From positions 7,784 through 71,783 of the forward strand of contig JAAOMT010000181.1 in assembly GCA_016748015.1 (NCBI GenBank): a stretch of DNA of 64,000 bases, read 5' to 3'. Every line of letters begins with the position of its first letter. Position 1 is the stretch's first letter. Positions 51,201-63,114 of this stretch are shown here, in pieces. The translations under genes and the position numbers were made by a program. Origin of the DNA: Geosiphon pyriformis uo1. Its lineage: Eukaryota > Fungi > Glomeromycota. Below the pieces are notes generated by a model. It saw nothing but the letters and a program-made list of their open reading frames with translations, searched no databases and was not told where the DNA came from.

Positions 51201-52872
51201 TTTTATTTAACAAATTTTTAATTACTCTTAATAGTTTATTTTATTTAATATTATTTATAATATTAATAAAAATATTTTTATTTATTTAATTTAAAAAAAC
51301 ATATTAATATTACTAATAAATAAAATTTTTATCCAATATAACTTATTTTTTAATTTAACTTTTTATAATTAAATTTACTTTTGATTTAATATTTTTAGGC
51401 TTTAAAATAAATTTATTATTAATTATTAAATAATTCAAAACAATTTTATAAAAAGAATACTTTAATATACTTTTAATTATATAATTTTTATTAATAACAA
51501 AATTTTTTAATTTGTAAAATTTATTATATTTTAAAACATAATAATTTTTTCGGGTTTTAAACAAAGCAAAATTAATAACAATAATATTAAAACTTAAAAA
51601 GCACTTAATTTGTTAAAAAAATTTACATAATATTCAAATTTTTAAACAATTTTGACTTTTTAAAAGTATTAGTTAAAATCATAATTTAAGACAAAAAAAT
51701 ACTTAAAACAATTTTATTTAATATAATTAATATTTTTAAATTTGTAATTTTAATAAATTTTATTAATTTGCTTATATAAAACACAAAATTAAGTATTTAA
51801 AAAATTATTTAAACCAATTAAAACTAAAATAATATTGTAATTAGTAAAAAAAATTCTGTATATTAAAAATTTTATAATTAGTTACTGTATTATTAAAAAA
51901 AATCAAAATATAATTAATTATTTTTTTAATTTTTTTTTAATTTTTTTATATTGATGCTTTAATTAAAAGATTATTAATAAAAAAATTAATCAAATTTAAG
52001 TTAACATATTTTTATTTTATTAAAATTATTTTTTAAAATTACAAATATGTTTTTATTAATAATTTTAACAATAAACAAATTTATAATAAAAACTTAAATT
52101 AATTTTGTTTTAAAAAAATTTTAACATATAATTTTAGTATTAAAACTGAAAATCTATTCTTAAGCAGCAAAAAAATTAATAAAAGCCAAGTTAAAATCTT
52201 TAAAATTTTAATATATTTAATAATATAACTATAATAATTCGTAATTTTAGAATACAAAAAATTAAAATCTAAATTTAATATAAATATTTAAAATTTAATA
52301 TTATATTTATATTAATATATAATATTATTTTAATTTACAAAAATATTTATATTCTTAATATTATATATTGTAATTTTTTAAACAAAATTAGTTATTAAAA
52401 AAAAACAAAAAAAGAGAACTAAAATCAATATACAAATAATTTAACTTTGTTAAAACAGTTTTTATAAAACTTTTAAGTTTTAATATATTAATTTTTAAGC
52501 TATTAAATTTGGTAGTAAAAATTTTAAAACTATTATTATTTAAAAATAAAAAGTCATTAATATTATTAAATAATATTAATAAAAACATAAAAAATTTATT
52601 TATAATTATATTTAGACTAATAATTACATTTAAAAACTGAATAATACCAAAAATTAATAATAAGTTTAATTTGTAAAAAATTTAGTAATTTAATTTAATA
52701 AAAGTTTTAAAAAATATTTTAAAGTATTCAAATAGTTTTTTATTAAAAAAACAACTATATAAAAAAACATATTTGTTTTTAAAATTAAAAAACCAATAAA
52801 TAATAAACCAGAAAAAACATTAAAATAATTACTATTTACAATTTAAATTTAAAACATATTATTAAAAAACAC

Positions 52873-54141
52873 TATTATGAATAAGCTTGGTAGGATAAGG
52901 AATGATAATGTTTAGTGTTCTCAATTATTAATAATGTGTGTTTTGCATAATTCTATTAACTTAGTCTTGATTATCAGTTTCTGAAAGTCTTATTTATTGG
53001 TTGTGAATTTATCTGTTGAGTTCTTTAATTATAAGGCATAGAGGTTTGACTTTTGTTAATTACAATTTCTTATAAATGTAAGCTATCTTCTTCAAGCTAA
53101 TGAGTGCAGTCATTAGGGTCTGGTGTTGTCTTTTCATTCTTCTGGTAAGCTACCAAGATAATGTTAATATCCAAAGCTTAGAAAAAGCTTCTTTCTTTTA
53201 CCAGACTATCACAAAGTCTATTCTCAGACAGTCAATTTTATTATATTGTTATTCCACAAGAGAAAATAAAAAAAATAAAAAAAAATAAAAAAATAAGTGT
53301 CCTATCAGTAGTCATGATCAAGAGCTATTGTGCCAGCAGATTAAATAGTAAATAATAACATAGATTTGAAGAATTGAAGAGATATTTTATTAATATAATT
53401 TTATTTTGGTTGATAGTAATTATCTTTAAAAGAAGAAGTATTTAATAATTATAATTTACAAGTCTAATTTTCTTTTTAGATGTCTTTTTAACTTCTATAA
53501 CTACTCATTTTTATACATTTTTTTTGTTTTACAAAATTGCTTCCAATTGCTTTGTTATTTCTGTTATCACTTTGTTTTTCTATATTATTGCTAGTTATAC
53601 TATATTATAACATATTATCTTATGTTATTACTTATTATACTATGTTATTTTTTTTTTTTAACAAGTAAGATCCAAACACAGCTTAGTACTATACATCAAA
53701 GAAATGATCTAAACTAAATGCAAATCATGCATTTTCTACACATGACTAGCCACTCGGGCTGATCAGAACAACACTATACAGCTATGTAAACTGAAACTAA
53801 ACTACTAAGACCTAAAAAAAATGAACAAGACTTGCAAAAACCAAAACATATACCAAAAGCATCAACCACACCAAGCAGTTTTATCACACCAGTGGGAAAT
53901 CCTGAAGGCAAACCAAAAACCGAGGTGATGGCTGAACCATTAAGAGAGATTAAACCATGCTTTACTATGTTATAATATATTATCCTATATTATTATGCAT
54001 TATACTATGTTATAACACATTATTTTACATTATTACATATTATTCTGTATTCTTTCACATTATTCTGTATTATTTTATGTTATCACATTTTTGGTTACAT
54101 TTTTTCTATAATTTTGGATTGGTTTTTTTACTTGAATAACA
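52873..54141 (-). mobile_element. Solo LTR (family 2) with perfect 4-bp TSD ACAC
   Basis: Reverse complement of 7507-8545; ACAC at 52869-72 and 54142-45. Confidence 0.9.
53649..53962 (-). mobile_element. 5'-truncated LINE copy inserted in the solo LTR
   Basis: Poly(T) at 53649 and 11-bp TSD TACTATGTTAT (53638-48 and 53963-73). Minus strand encodes HGLISLNGS…GVIKLLGVVDAFGICFGFCKSCSFF…VYIAV*, then the 3' stem-loop. Confidence 0.85.
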
Positions 54142-55760
54142 ACACTAATCAAATAATAAAAACTGATTTTTTGGCATAAATAACTGTTAATTTATTTTTA
54201 TTAAAATTGGAAAAAAAATTTTTGGTCTTAATTTTAAAAAAAAGTTATATTTAAATTTCTTATAATTTAAAATCTAATTTAATTTAATTCAAAATAATAC
54301 TTTTAAGAACTAAAATTACAATTAATATTTTTATCAAATTATTTTTTAATTTAAAGCAAACAATAATATATTTTATATAAGCATAAATTATTAAATAATA
54401 ATTAATTATACAAGTTTTTTTATTAATTAACACTAAAAATTTCTATAAATATATTTATTTGTATTTATTAGTAAAATATAAAGTAAAATTTTATAAATAT
54501 TTCTAGAATTTTATAATAATTTGTTAATATTAGTTCTAATTATTCATTATATTTTTATTAATTAAGATAAATTATTTAAATGTTAAAAAATTAGCATAAT
54601 TTTAAATATTAAATTCAATTAATATTTTTTGTTATAGTTTATTAATTGTATTTAGATTAATTTAATATTTTAAACTTAAATAATATAATATATACAGTTT
54701 TTATTAATATTTTACAAAATTTTTTTTAAATATTTTAATTTAATTTGTGTAATTATTTATTAGTTTTTTAATAATAGTTTTTATTATTATTATTATATTT
54801 ACAGCTTTTATTACTCTAAATTTAAATATAAAAAATAAATATTCTCTAAAATTATTCATATTTAAAAACAATTTTTAAATTATTTTGAAATAATATATTA
54901 ATAATTATTGAAAAATTAATATTTAAAACAAAATTTTTTTTAACAAATATATTTACTTTTATCATAAAAAAAAAGAAAAAAAAGCATCAGAATTTTTACC
55001 AATATTATTAATATTAAATTGGCTTAAAATTTTTATGATTATTATATTAATTTTAATTTTAAGTATTTTTAAAATAATATTTATAATATTTATTTTATGT
55101 TATTATTGTTATTGTTATTAAAATAGTTTTTTATTAAATATTATTTATTTATGTTAATCTTTTCTATTTTTGCTATATTATTAATATTAGTATTATTTAA
55201 ATTACTTATTAATACAACTACTAAATAAAAAAAAAATTAATATTATTACTATTAAGTTCTAAAAAAAATTCTTTTTTTACTTTTTCTATAAAAAAAAATT
55301 TTTATTAACAAAACCAAAATCCAAACTTTTATTATTTTTATCAACATATATAATAATATTAAACTTGTTAACAGTTTTGTATTTAAATAAAAAAGATATA
55401 AAAGTATTAAACTAAATATTGAAAAATTATAGCAAACAAAAAACTTATTCTTTGAAAATAATTTTTTTAAGAAATTAAAATATAAGAAAAAAAAAGTTTT
55501 ATTAAGCAATTGGTTTTGAAATAATTAAGAAATTAATTAATTTATTAAAGCTTAAAGTATTTTTAAAGTTATTTTATCATAAAAAAATTTTTTATAACTT
55601 AGATATTAAAAAATTTTTAAAAGTTAAAACATAAAAATGTTATTTATTTTAATAAAAATATTTTTTGATTAAGTTTTATTATTATGCCAAAGAATTTTTT
55701 AGTCTGGTTTAATAAGCTAAATCAATTTAAATCAATAATTTTCTGTTTAAAATAAAGATT

Positions 55761-58053
55761 AAATTTAAATAAAACTCTTTGTCTTCTTAATTTTATGACC
55801 ACGACCAGAGCAAAGAGTAAAAAAAGCTGCACCTGATATTTGTCCTGAGATATCTAATAAAATTTCAACCAGAAGAGCTCTCTTTGTTGTAGAAGCAACT
55901 AGGCAAAACATTTTAGAAGCTTTTTTCTTACCCAGTAATCGTGATAAGCTGCTTTTGGTAGCCACTGAAGCAACTTCTTCATCTTTGGCTGGTTTCTCAC
56001 CAGTCAAAGTCCCCTCAAAGAGACACACCTGGGTTAGTTCAAGTGTTGCCTCCACCCCAACCAAGAGCCCAAAAGTTTTTAATAATAGACCAGTAAATAA
56101 GCTGGTTTTCTCCTCTATAGATTCAACACCTGGTGCTTCTAGTACCACCTTTTCAAAAAAAATGGTCAAAAAGACCAAAAGTTCAGAAAAGTGGGGGCAG
56201 TTGTTTGCCTCTGCTATTGTTACACCAAACCCCTTTGTGGTTCTTAATGAGATCTTAGATAAGATCTCTGTAGCATCATCTGACATGTCATTCAAGATGG
56301 GCCAAGATCAACCACTGGCTGTGTTGCCAAATGTGGTGTCTTTCGACAGATCATTGCCGGTTTTAGAAGCAAAACAATCTTCTTCTGTTGGGTCACCTGT
56401 TCTTGGGAACTGGGCTGATCAAATGGAAACTGATTCATCTCCTCCTCTAGTTTCTGGTGTTACTTCTGGTGGTTCTTGGGAAACTATTACTAGTCATTAA
56501 AGGTTTGCTGGGTGGATGGCCTTCACTCTGGTGCCTGGTGCTACTTTTAAGATCAAATTGGCTTATATTAAAGCTGTTTTTCAGTCTGTGCATGGTTTTT
56601 TGGGTGCTAAGTCTATTTCAAAAGACAATATGAAGCTTTTTTGTGTGGAGTTTGCTTCTCAACAATCTTTGGAAGCTGTGTTTCTGGTTGAGCTTACAAG
56701 CTCTGTTCATTTGACCACTCTCAAAATTGCCAAGTCTTTGGTGGTTTCTGAATCTGGTTCTTCTCCTGCTGCTGTTACGCTGTGTGATGTGCCTTTGGGT
56801 GTGTCTGCTGCTGACATTGAGTTGGCTCTCAGTGTGTTTGGTGGTGTCACTCGTGTTGTGCTGAAGTCTGCTAGCATTTGGCAGTACGTGGTGGTTTATT
56901 TTGAAAAGTTGGACTCTACTGTATCTGCCTTGAAGCATTGGTCAGTCTTGATAGGCAAAGATAGTGTTAAAATCCTCCCTTTGGTGAATCAAAATGAGAC
57001 TATTTTGTCTTGTGATAAGTTTAAGACCAAATTGGTCAACCTTTCCCCTGGCTGTACCATCTTTGAAATCAGTGATATGATTTCTCAAATTAGTAGTCGA
57101 ACATGTTTCATCCCTTGTTCTCCTGATTCTGGTCATCGTTTCCGGTATGCTTTGGTTACATTTGACTCTCAAGGTAATTTAGATTCTGCTGTAGTCAAGA
57201 CTGGTACTCTAAGGAAATGCTGTATCTGGTGGGAAACTCCTGGCTGCTGGTGCTGCTTTAGGTGTCAAGAAATGGGCCATCTGGCCGTGAATTGCAAGAT
57301 TTCTTCACCCCCTATTCCTAAGGTTCCCAAGGTTTTCAAGTCTTGTTTTGTGGGTTCTGCTTCATATGCCAAGACTGCTGCTCCTTCTGGTCTTTCTGAG
57401 TTTCCTTCTTTGGTGGCTTCTTTGGCTGCTTCTGTTGCTGATTCTGCTGTTGGTTCTAGATTGGACTCTTTGGAAAAGCAAATTTCGGATTTGGCTGCTC
57501 TGGTTAAGTCTATTGTTGAGCCTGTTGGTTCTTTGGTTGCTTTGGTGTCTTGTTTTCTTGATAATAATGCCATTAAGGCTGTTCAGGTCGAGAAAGATAT
57601 TGTTTCCATGAAAAGTGCTGCTAACAATTTTGCTAACCTTATGGTTGAAGTTTCTAAAGACATTGTTTGTCTTAGATCTGAGGTTGACTTTGGTGGTATG
57701 GATTATGATGGTGTTTTGGCTGCTAAGCCTTCCTTTTTAAGTGAGGACACTATTGAGTGTATTATTGCTTTGTGGCGCATGTCTGGTGTTGAAACCAGAG
57801 GCAATATTGAGTCTACTAGAATGTTTCTTAGTGAGTTTATTTTTGACTCTAGGAATCTGAATGGTATCATTGAGAGGATTCGTGGGTTGGAATTATTTCC
57901 ACCTACTTTTGATTCAGTGTAGTGAGTCCTTGATTGGGCCGAGTGTCTGATCACGTGTAGAAAATGCATGTTGTATGCCTATAATGTAATCTCTTCTGTG
58001 GTATCATAGTTTAGGTAGTATTTGGGTCTCGCTCGTTAAATGATAATAAAAAA
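55761..58053 (+). mobile_element. ORF1-only (RT-less) poly(A) retroposon, best-preserved copy
   Basis: 12-bp TSD AAAATAA(A/G)GATT (55749-60 and 58054-65) after TTT. One long ORF from ATG 55795 to 57922, then a ~130-nt 3' tail and A-tail. Confidence 0.85.
55795..57922 (+). pseudogene. LINE ORF1/Gag-like protein (disordered N-terminus, RRM-like repeats, CCHC knuckle, coiled coil); one frameshift (A-run near 55820) and one stop (56498-56500)
   Basis: RRM-like segments (LCDVPLGVSAADIELALSVFGGVTRV…YVVVYFE; KLVNL.PGCT.FEISDMI…YALVTF), CFRCQEMGHLAVNC and heptads RLDSLEKQISDLAALVKSI. Confidence 0.75.
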
Positions 58054-58286
58054 AAAATAAGGATTTTAAAAAAATAGTGTTATTTATTTTTATGTAATTT
58101 AATAAAAATTATAAATTGAATAATTTACCAGCTGATTTTATTTATTTAATTATTTTTAAGAATTTAAAAATGCAAATCCATCAGAGGGCTTAGAGAGATA
58201 ATCTATTTGTATTGTTATCTCTAACAATTGAATTAAATATACGTACCTTATATCTTGGTTCAAAGGGCCAAGTATTATCTAGCAAA

Positions 58287-60717
58287 ATGCAAAGTTTAAG
58301 CGTTGAAATCGGTCAAGAAGTTCCTGGTGAAGGAAAAGTGCGCCGCTCTTCCCACAGTCATTCTGAACTTGTAACTCGACCGAGTCCCGAAGTTTCAACC
58401 CTTTACGATGTAATACAGTATAGTGCCAAAAAATTTGGCACAAAGCAAGCCATGGGTTTTAGAAAAGTACTTGATGTTGTCGAAGAAGAGAAAGAAGTTA
58501 CTAAGGTTGTAAACGGTGTTGAAGTAAAAGAAACGAAAAAATGGAAATATTTTCAATTATCTGGCTATGAATACATAAACTATAATGAGCTTGCTGAAAT
58601 CACAAAAACGGTTGGCGCTGGTCTGGTTAAACTTGGTCTTAACAGAAACACAAAGATAACTATATATGCTTCTACAAGGTAAAATAGTTTTCGATTCTAT
58701 CCATGATTTGCCTATCGTATTCTTTATTCATGGCCTATGCTATTTCCTTCTTTACTTTTAGTCTTAACTGGATGGTCACAGCTCATGGTAAGTACTTCAA
58801 AATATTATAATTAAAGTGTTCAAAGATGTAATTTCATCACATAATCCTTTTATATTGATAATTTCTGGTCATATTAGGTGCTTTTACCCAAGGCATGACC
58901 ATTGTAACCGCTTATGATACTCTTGGCGAAGACGGGCTTCTTCATTCCATGAACGAGGCGGAAGTTCATGCGATATTCACAAATGCTGATCTTTTAACCT
59001 CTGTAAGAAACGTTGCCGGCTATTGTCCAACCCTTAGTCATATTATTTATGATGGTGAGGCCAAAGGTAAAATTCTGGAAGAAATCCGTTCTACCCACCC
59101 ACAAATTCAATTACATACATTGGATGAGATCAAGCAACTAGGAAAAGACAATTATATCGAACCGAACCCGTCGCAAGCAAAAGATTTGTGTTGTATTATG
59201 TATACATCGGGTAGTACGGGAAATCCTAAGGGTGTCATTATAACACATGAGAATCTCGTTTCTACAAGTAATTTTGGCTTTACTTTTGTCAAATTTTATT
59301 TTAGTCTTGAATTCTTTTGTTATTAATAACATAATTTATAGTTGCTGGTGTCGACAAATTGCTTCATCATCTCGTCCAGGATGATGAAAGCCTTCTTGCC
59401 TATCTCCCACTTGCTCACGTGCTCGAGTTTATTGTAGAGCAAACTTGCATCTTCTGGGGTGTCACATTAGGTTATGGAACAATTCGTACATTGAGTGACA
59501 CATCTGTACGAAACTGTTTGGGAGATATTCGTGAATTGAGGCCTTCCTTGATGACAGGAGTCCCAGCTGTTTGGGAAACCATCAGGAAGGGTGTTTTGAG
59601 TAAGGTGCAGGCCAGTAGTCCTACTGTTCAGAAAATTTTTAATGCGGCCTTGAAGGCCAAAGGTTGGTGCTTAGGAAAAGGCTTACCGACCAAGCCATTC
59701 GATATTGTCGTGTTCAATAAAATTAAGCAACAAACTGGTGGAAGACTGAGATATGCGTTATCCGGTGGTGCTCCTATTTCAAGGGAAACCCAAGAATTTT
59801 TATCTATTACTTTATGCCCAATTTTGCAAGGTTATGGTATGACCGAATCTTGTGGGTGAGTGAACCAAAAATTCCCATTACATAAATTTTGAGATTCATC
59901 ACCCCATTCTAATCCTTACTTTTTTTGATAAATAAATCAGTATGTGTGCCATTCTTCCCCCAGAACAGTTCACTTATGGCTCTGTTGGTTTTCCGGTTCC
60001 ATGTGTTGAAATAAAACTCGTTGACGTACCAGATGCCAATTATTTATCAACAAATGACCCCCCTCGAGGAGAAATTTGGATTCGAGGTCCATGCGTCACA
60101 TCCGGATATTATAAGAATGAACAGGTTACTAAGGAAACCTTTACATCCGATGGATGGCTTCAGACGGGTGATATCGGTGAATGGCATCATGACGGTTCCT
60201 TGGCTATCATCGATAGAAAGAAAAACCTAGTAAAACTCGCCCATGGAGAATATATTGCTTTGGAGAAATTAGAATCAGTATATAGGTCTTCCATTTATGT
60301 TTTCAATATCATGGTTTATGCCGACTCATTCCAAAATAAGCCCGTAGCTCTCGTGTCCGGTCTTGAACAGAGGATTAAAGAACTTGCAGAGGAAAAAAAT
60401 TTGACAAATCTCGATTATGAACAATTATGCGAACATAAAGACATCAATGCCGCAGTTTTTCAGTCTTTGATTGGTCAAGCCAAGAAAGCAGGTTTAAAAC
60501 CGACAGAACTTATAAGTGCAGTATACATTAGCCACGAAGAATGGAATACTGACAATGTAATTATCTGCAAGATGTCTTTTTGCATTTGAATTAAAATTTT
60601 AAAATTTCAAATCTCTTCTTATAGGGGCTACTCACCGCCGCACAAAAAATCAAACGTAAGGAACTCACCGATAAATATAAAGATGAAATTGACAAAATGT
60701 ATGGTATCAAGAAATGA
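58287..60717 (+). CDS. Long-chain fatty acyl-CoA synthetase (Faa1/Lcf1-like), 6 exons
   Basis: [73 protein letters not shown]. Confidence 0.96.
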
Positions 60718-60918
60718 AACCACTTTAAGGTCATCTAGAAATTTTATATTTATTCTTGCTTTGTTCAAAGACGAACAATTTAATTTAATTTCACTTTTCA
60801 TAGCGTTGTTAATCTTGAAGGAAACTGAAATTAATTAAATTATAGAACAAAAAACGAATTCTCATCTTCTATTTCATTTCCAACCATTATATATCCCCAT
60901 CATCACTATTTGTGAAAC

Positions 60919-62003
60919 TTAATTGCGGTGCCTTTTGAAAGCTTCAGCAATCGATATCCCCTTCCCAAGATCTTGTTTAATCTTTGTGTCTATGTTAACT
61001 TGCTTCTTGCTCAAATCGAGCACATGATCAAGGTATTCTTTAGGTATACAGACTACACCATTTAAATCGGCGACAATCAAGTCCTCAGGATTTACCACTA
61101 TCGCTGGGTCATAATCACCATTAATGATAATTGGTAGGTTTATGGCGGCTGGATGAGTGTATTTTCTCGCTGACAGAATGGAGAGACCTCGAGCGAAGAC
61201 CTACCGTGGGGAGAACAAAAAAATTGCATATTTGAACGATGTTAACAATAAGGACAAGATGAGGGTACGTACAAAAATTACGCACGGGTAAGCCGTCTTT
61301 ATGTAACTCTTCTAGATCGCGTACACGCCCATCAACGACGACACCTTTTACCCCTTTCGTGCGCACACGCGTATTCATCAAACCGCCCCATACGGCGTTT
61401 ACAGAGTCTAGATATTAGAAATTCATGGTTAATGAAGTAATTTGATGCTGCAAAGGTAAATATTTCAAGCATACTTGAAGGTGCCGACACAACCACAACA
61501 CTGCCTTCTGGGGCTGCATCTGCCTATTATCATTTGTTTAAATAATGTTATTTTGATAGGCAAATGTTGCAACGTACTTTATAAATTGAAGAGGTATTAT
61601 ACACACGAAATGCTTTTCAAGCTTCGGTACTGGTTCAGATATATGAACAACCTGAGTTTGGAGTTAAAAAAAAAAACAAAACCATGTATCCGTGGCGTTT
61701 AGAGGCTAAAGCGTTAAACGCTCATTGAACTTATAAAGAGTAAAGGGAAGTAAGAACCTTAACCGTAAATGCTGGACCAACACACCTACTCGGTCCCGCG
61801 TGAAACTCCGGTGCAAACATCACAATGTCAGGTAGAAAACCACCATGCGGGTGACCGATCTCCAAGAGTGCATCAGCAATCTTTTATGAAAACGTAAACG
61901 AGTGGCATTGGTGAAATTAAAACAAAATAATCCTCTTAAAAATAACATTTTAACATACATCACAAGTAGAAAAGTTTGAGAGAAGTTCAAGTTTTTCTTC
62001 CAT
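60919..62003 (-). CDS. RraA-like / HMG-CHA aldolase family protein, about 6 exons
   Basis: FSTCDIADAL, GPAFTV, NAVWGGLMNTR…GVVVDGRVRDL.EL, VNPEDLIVADLNGVVCIP. Confidence 0.88.
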
Positions 62004-62094
62004 TGGATAATAAAATTGTTGATAATCAACGATCAAGATTTCTGATAAAAACTTTCTAAACAAGGTTCCGTTCCACAATCCTCTACCCGTTGCC

Positions 62095-63114
62095 ATGGTA
62101 TGTCTTAAGATTCAAATTTTATCTATATTCCCTCATGATTTACTCATTTTGCTTTCTTGTATATTTAGCCAAAAGTTCGCAGAACACGTACTACATTTCA
62201 CTACACCCCGCAAACGGTTTCCCAAGAGAAAGAAATCGAACGTGTGATTCCTGGCTCAGCTAGGAATATAAATGTAAGACCCTTCAGATCAATTGCCTTA
62301 AATTTATATCTGAACAAAGCAGCTCGTGCTGTTAATTTTATAGGCCCACTCACTATTGGCCTCTTACTCGAAAGAGCATAAGGACAAAAGAGTTGAGGAG
62401 AAAAGAGTCGAGGAAAAAGTAATTGATAAAGAGCGCTCAATTCCAAAGAAAGAGAAACGAAAAGAACGCCATGAAAAATGGTTAGAAAGTAAGCCATTTT
62501 GAAAACTTCCTTTATTTCTCTTTATATATTGGAAGGTCTTTATTAGCTTAATGAGCAACTTATCTAGTTTATATCTTCGTATACTGCAATACAACAACCA
62601 TTTTAAAAAATACAATGATTTTGAAATCCATAACCACAGTCACATCCTCTTTAGCAATGACTGAAGTTTATGAATTTTATGTTTTATCCAAGAATTGGGA
62701 TCCATATACAGACCTAAGAAAAAGAAAAAAAAGCAAGTTGAATCATCTGGCATATTAGCGGATTTCTCTTCATTAAGGGAGATCCTGGAGACTTTACCAG
62801 ATATCGCTTCCGATCCCAACCATATACCTCAGCGACAACTAAAGCCGTTGCCTAAAGGACTTAATAGCAAAAAAGTTGTCGGGAAAAAAGCTCGCAAGAA
62901 TGCTGAGTATGTTTTTTGTGGATTATTCTGTATTTTATATCATTAGCTTCAATGCAATGCATTTTCTTGTAGGATCGCGGAGATGAAAAGATTTCATAAG
63001 ATAATGCACCACCCTATTTTCAAGGCCGACCCTATGTCCACGATTGAATCACATGTCAAGAATTCACTGGGACCCAAGGAAGATTATAAGACGCAAATGA
63101 GTAATGAATCTTGA
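62095..63114 (+). CDS. Ribosome biogenesis protein SLX9/FAM207A-like, 5 exons (first coding exon is ATG only)
   Basis: M|PKVRRTR…, KKEKRKERHEKWLEKL, EMKRFHKIMHHPIFKADPMSTIESHVKNSL. Confidence 0.75.

Larger units (their letters stand above)
50650..54260 (-). mobile_element. Hyper-decayed autonomous LINE relic (ORF1 3' half and ORF2 5' part), interrupted by a solo LTR; boundaries approximate
   Basis: ORF 51355-51564 (NKNYIIKSILKYSFYKIVLNYLII…KSKVNLII) and ORF 52388-52588 resemble AT-shifted LINE ORF2 and ORF1-end peptides recalled from related fungal LINEs. VIYAKKSV.II.LV|FFNN reads across the LTR insertion. Confidence 0.5.
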
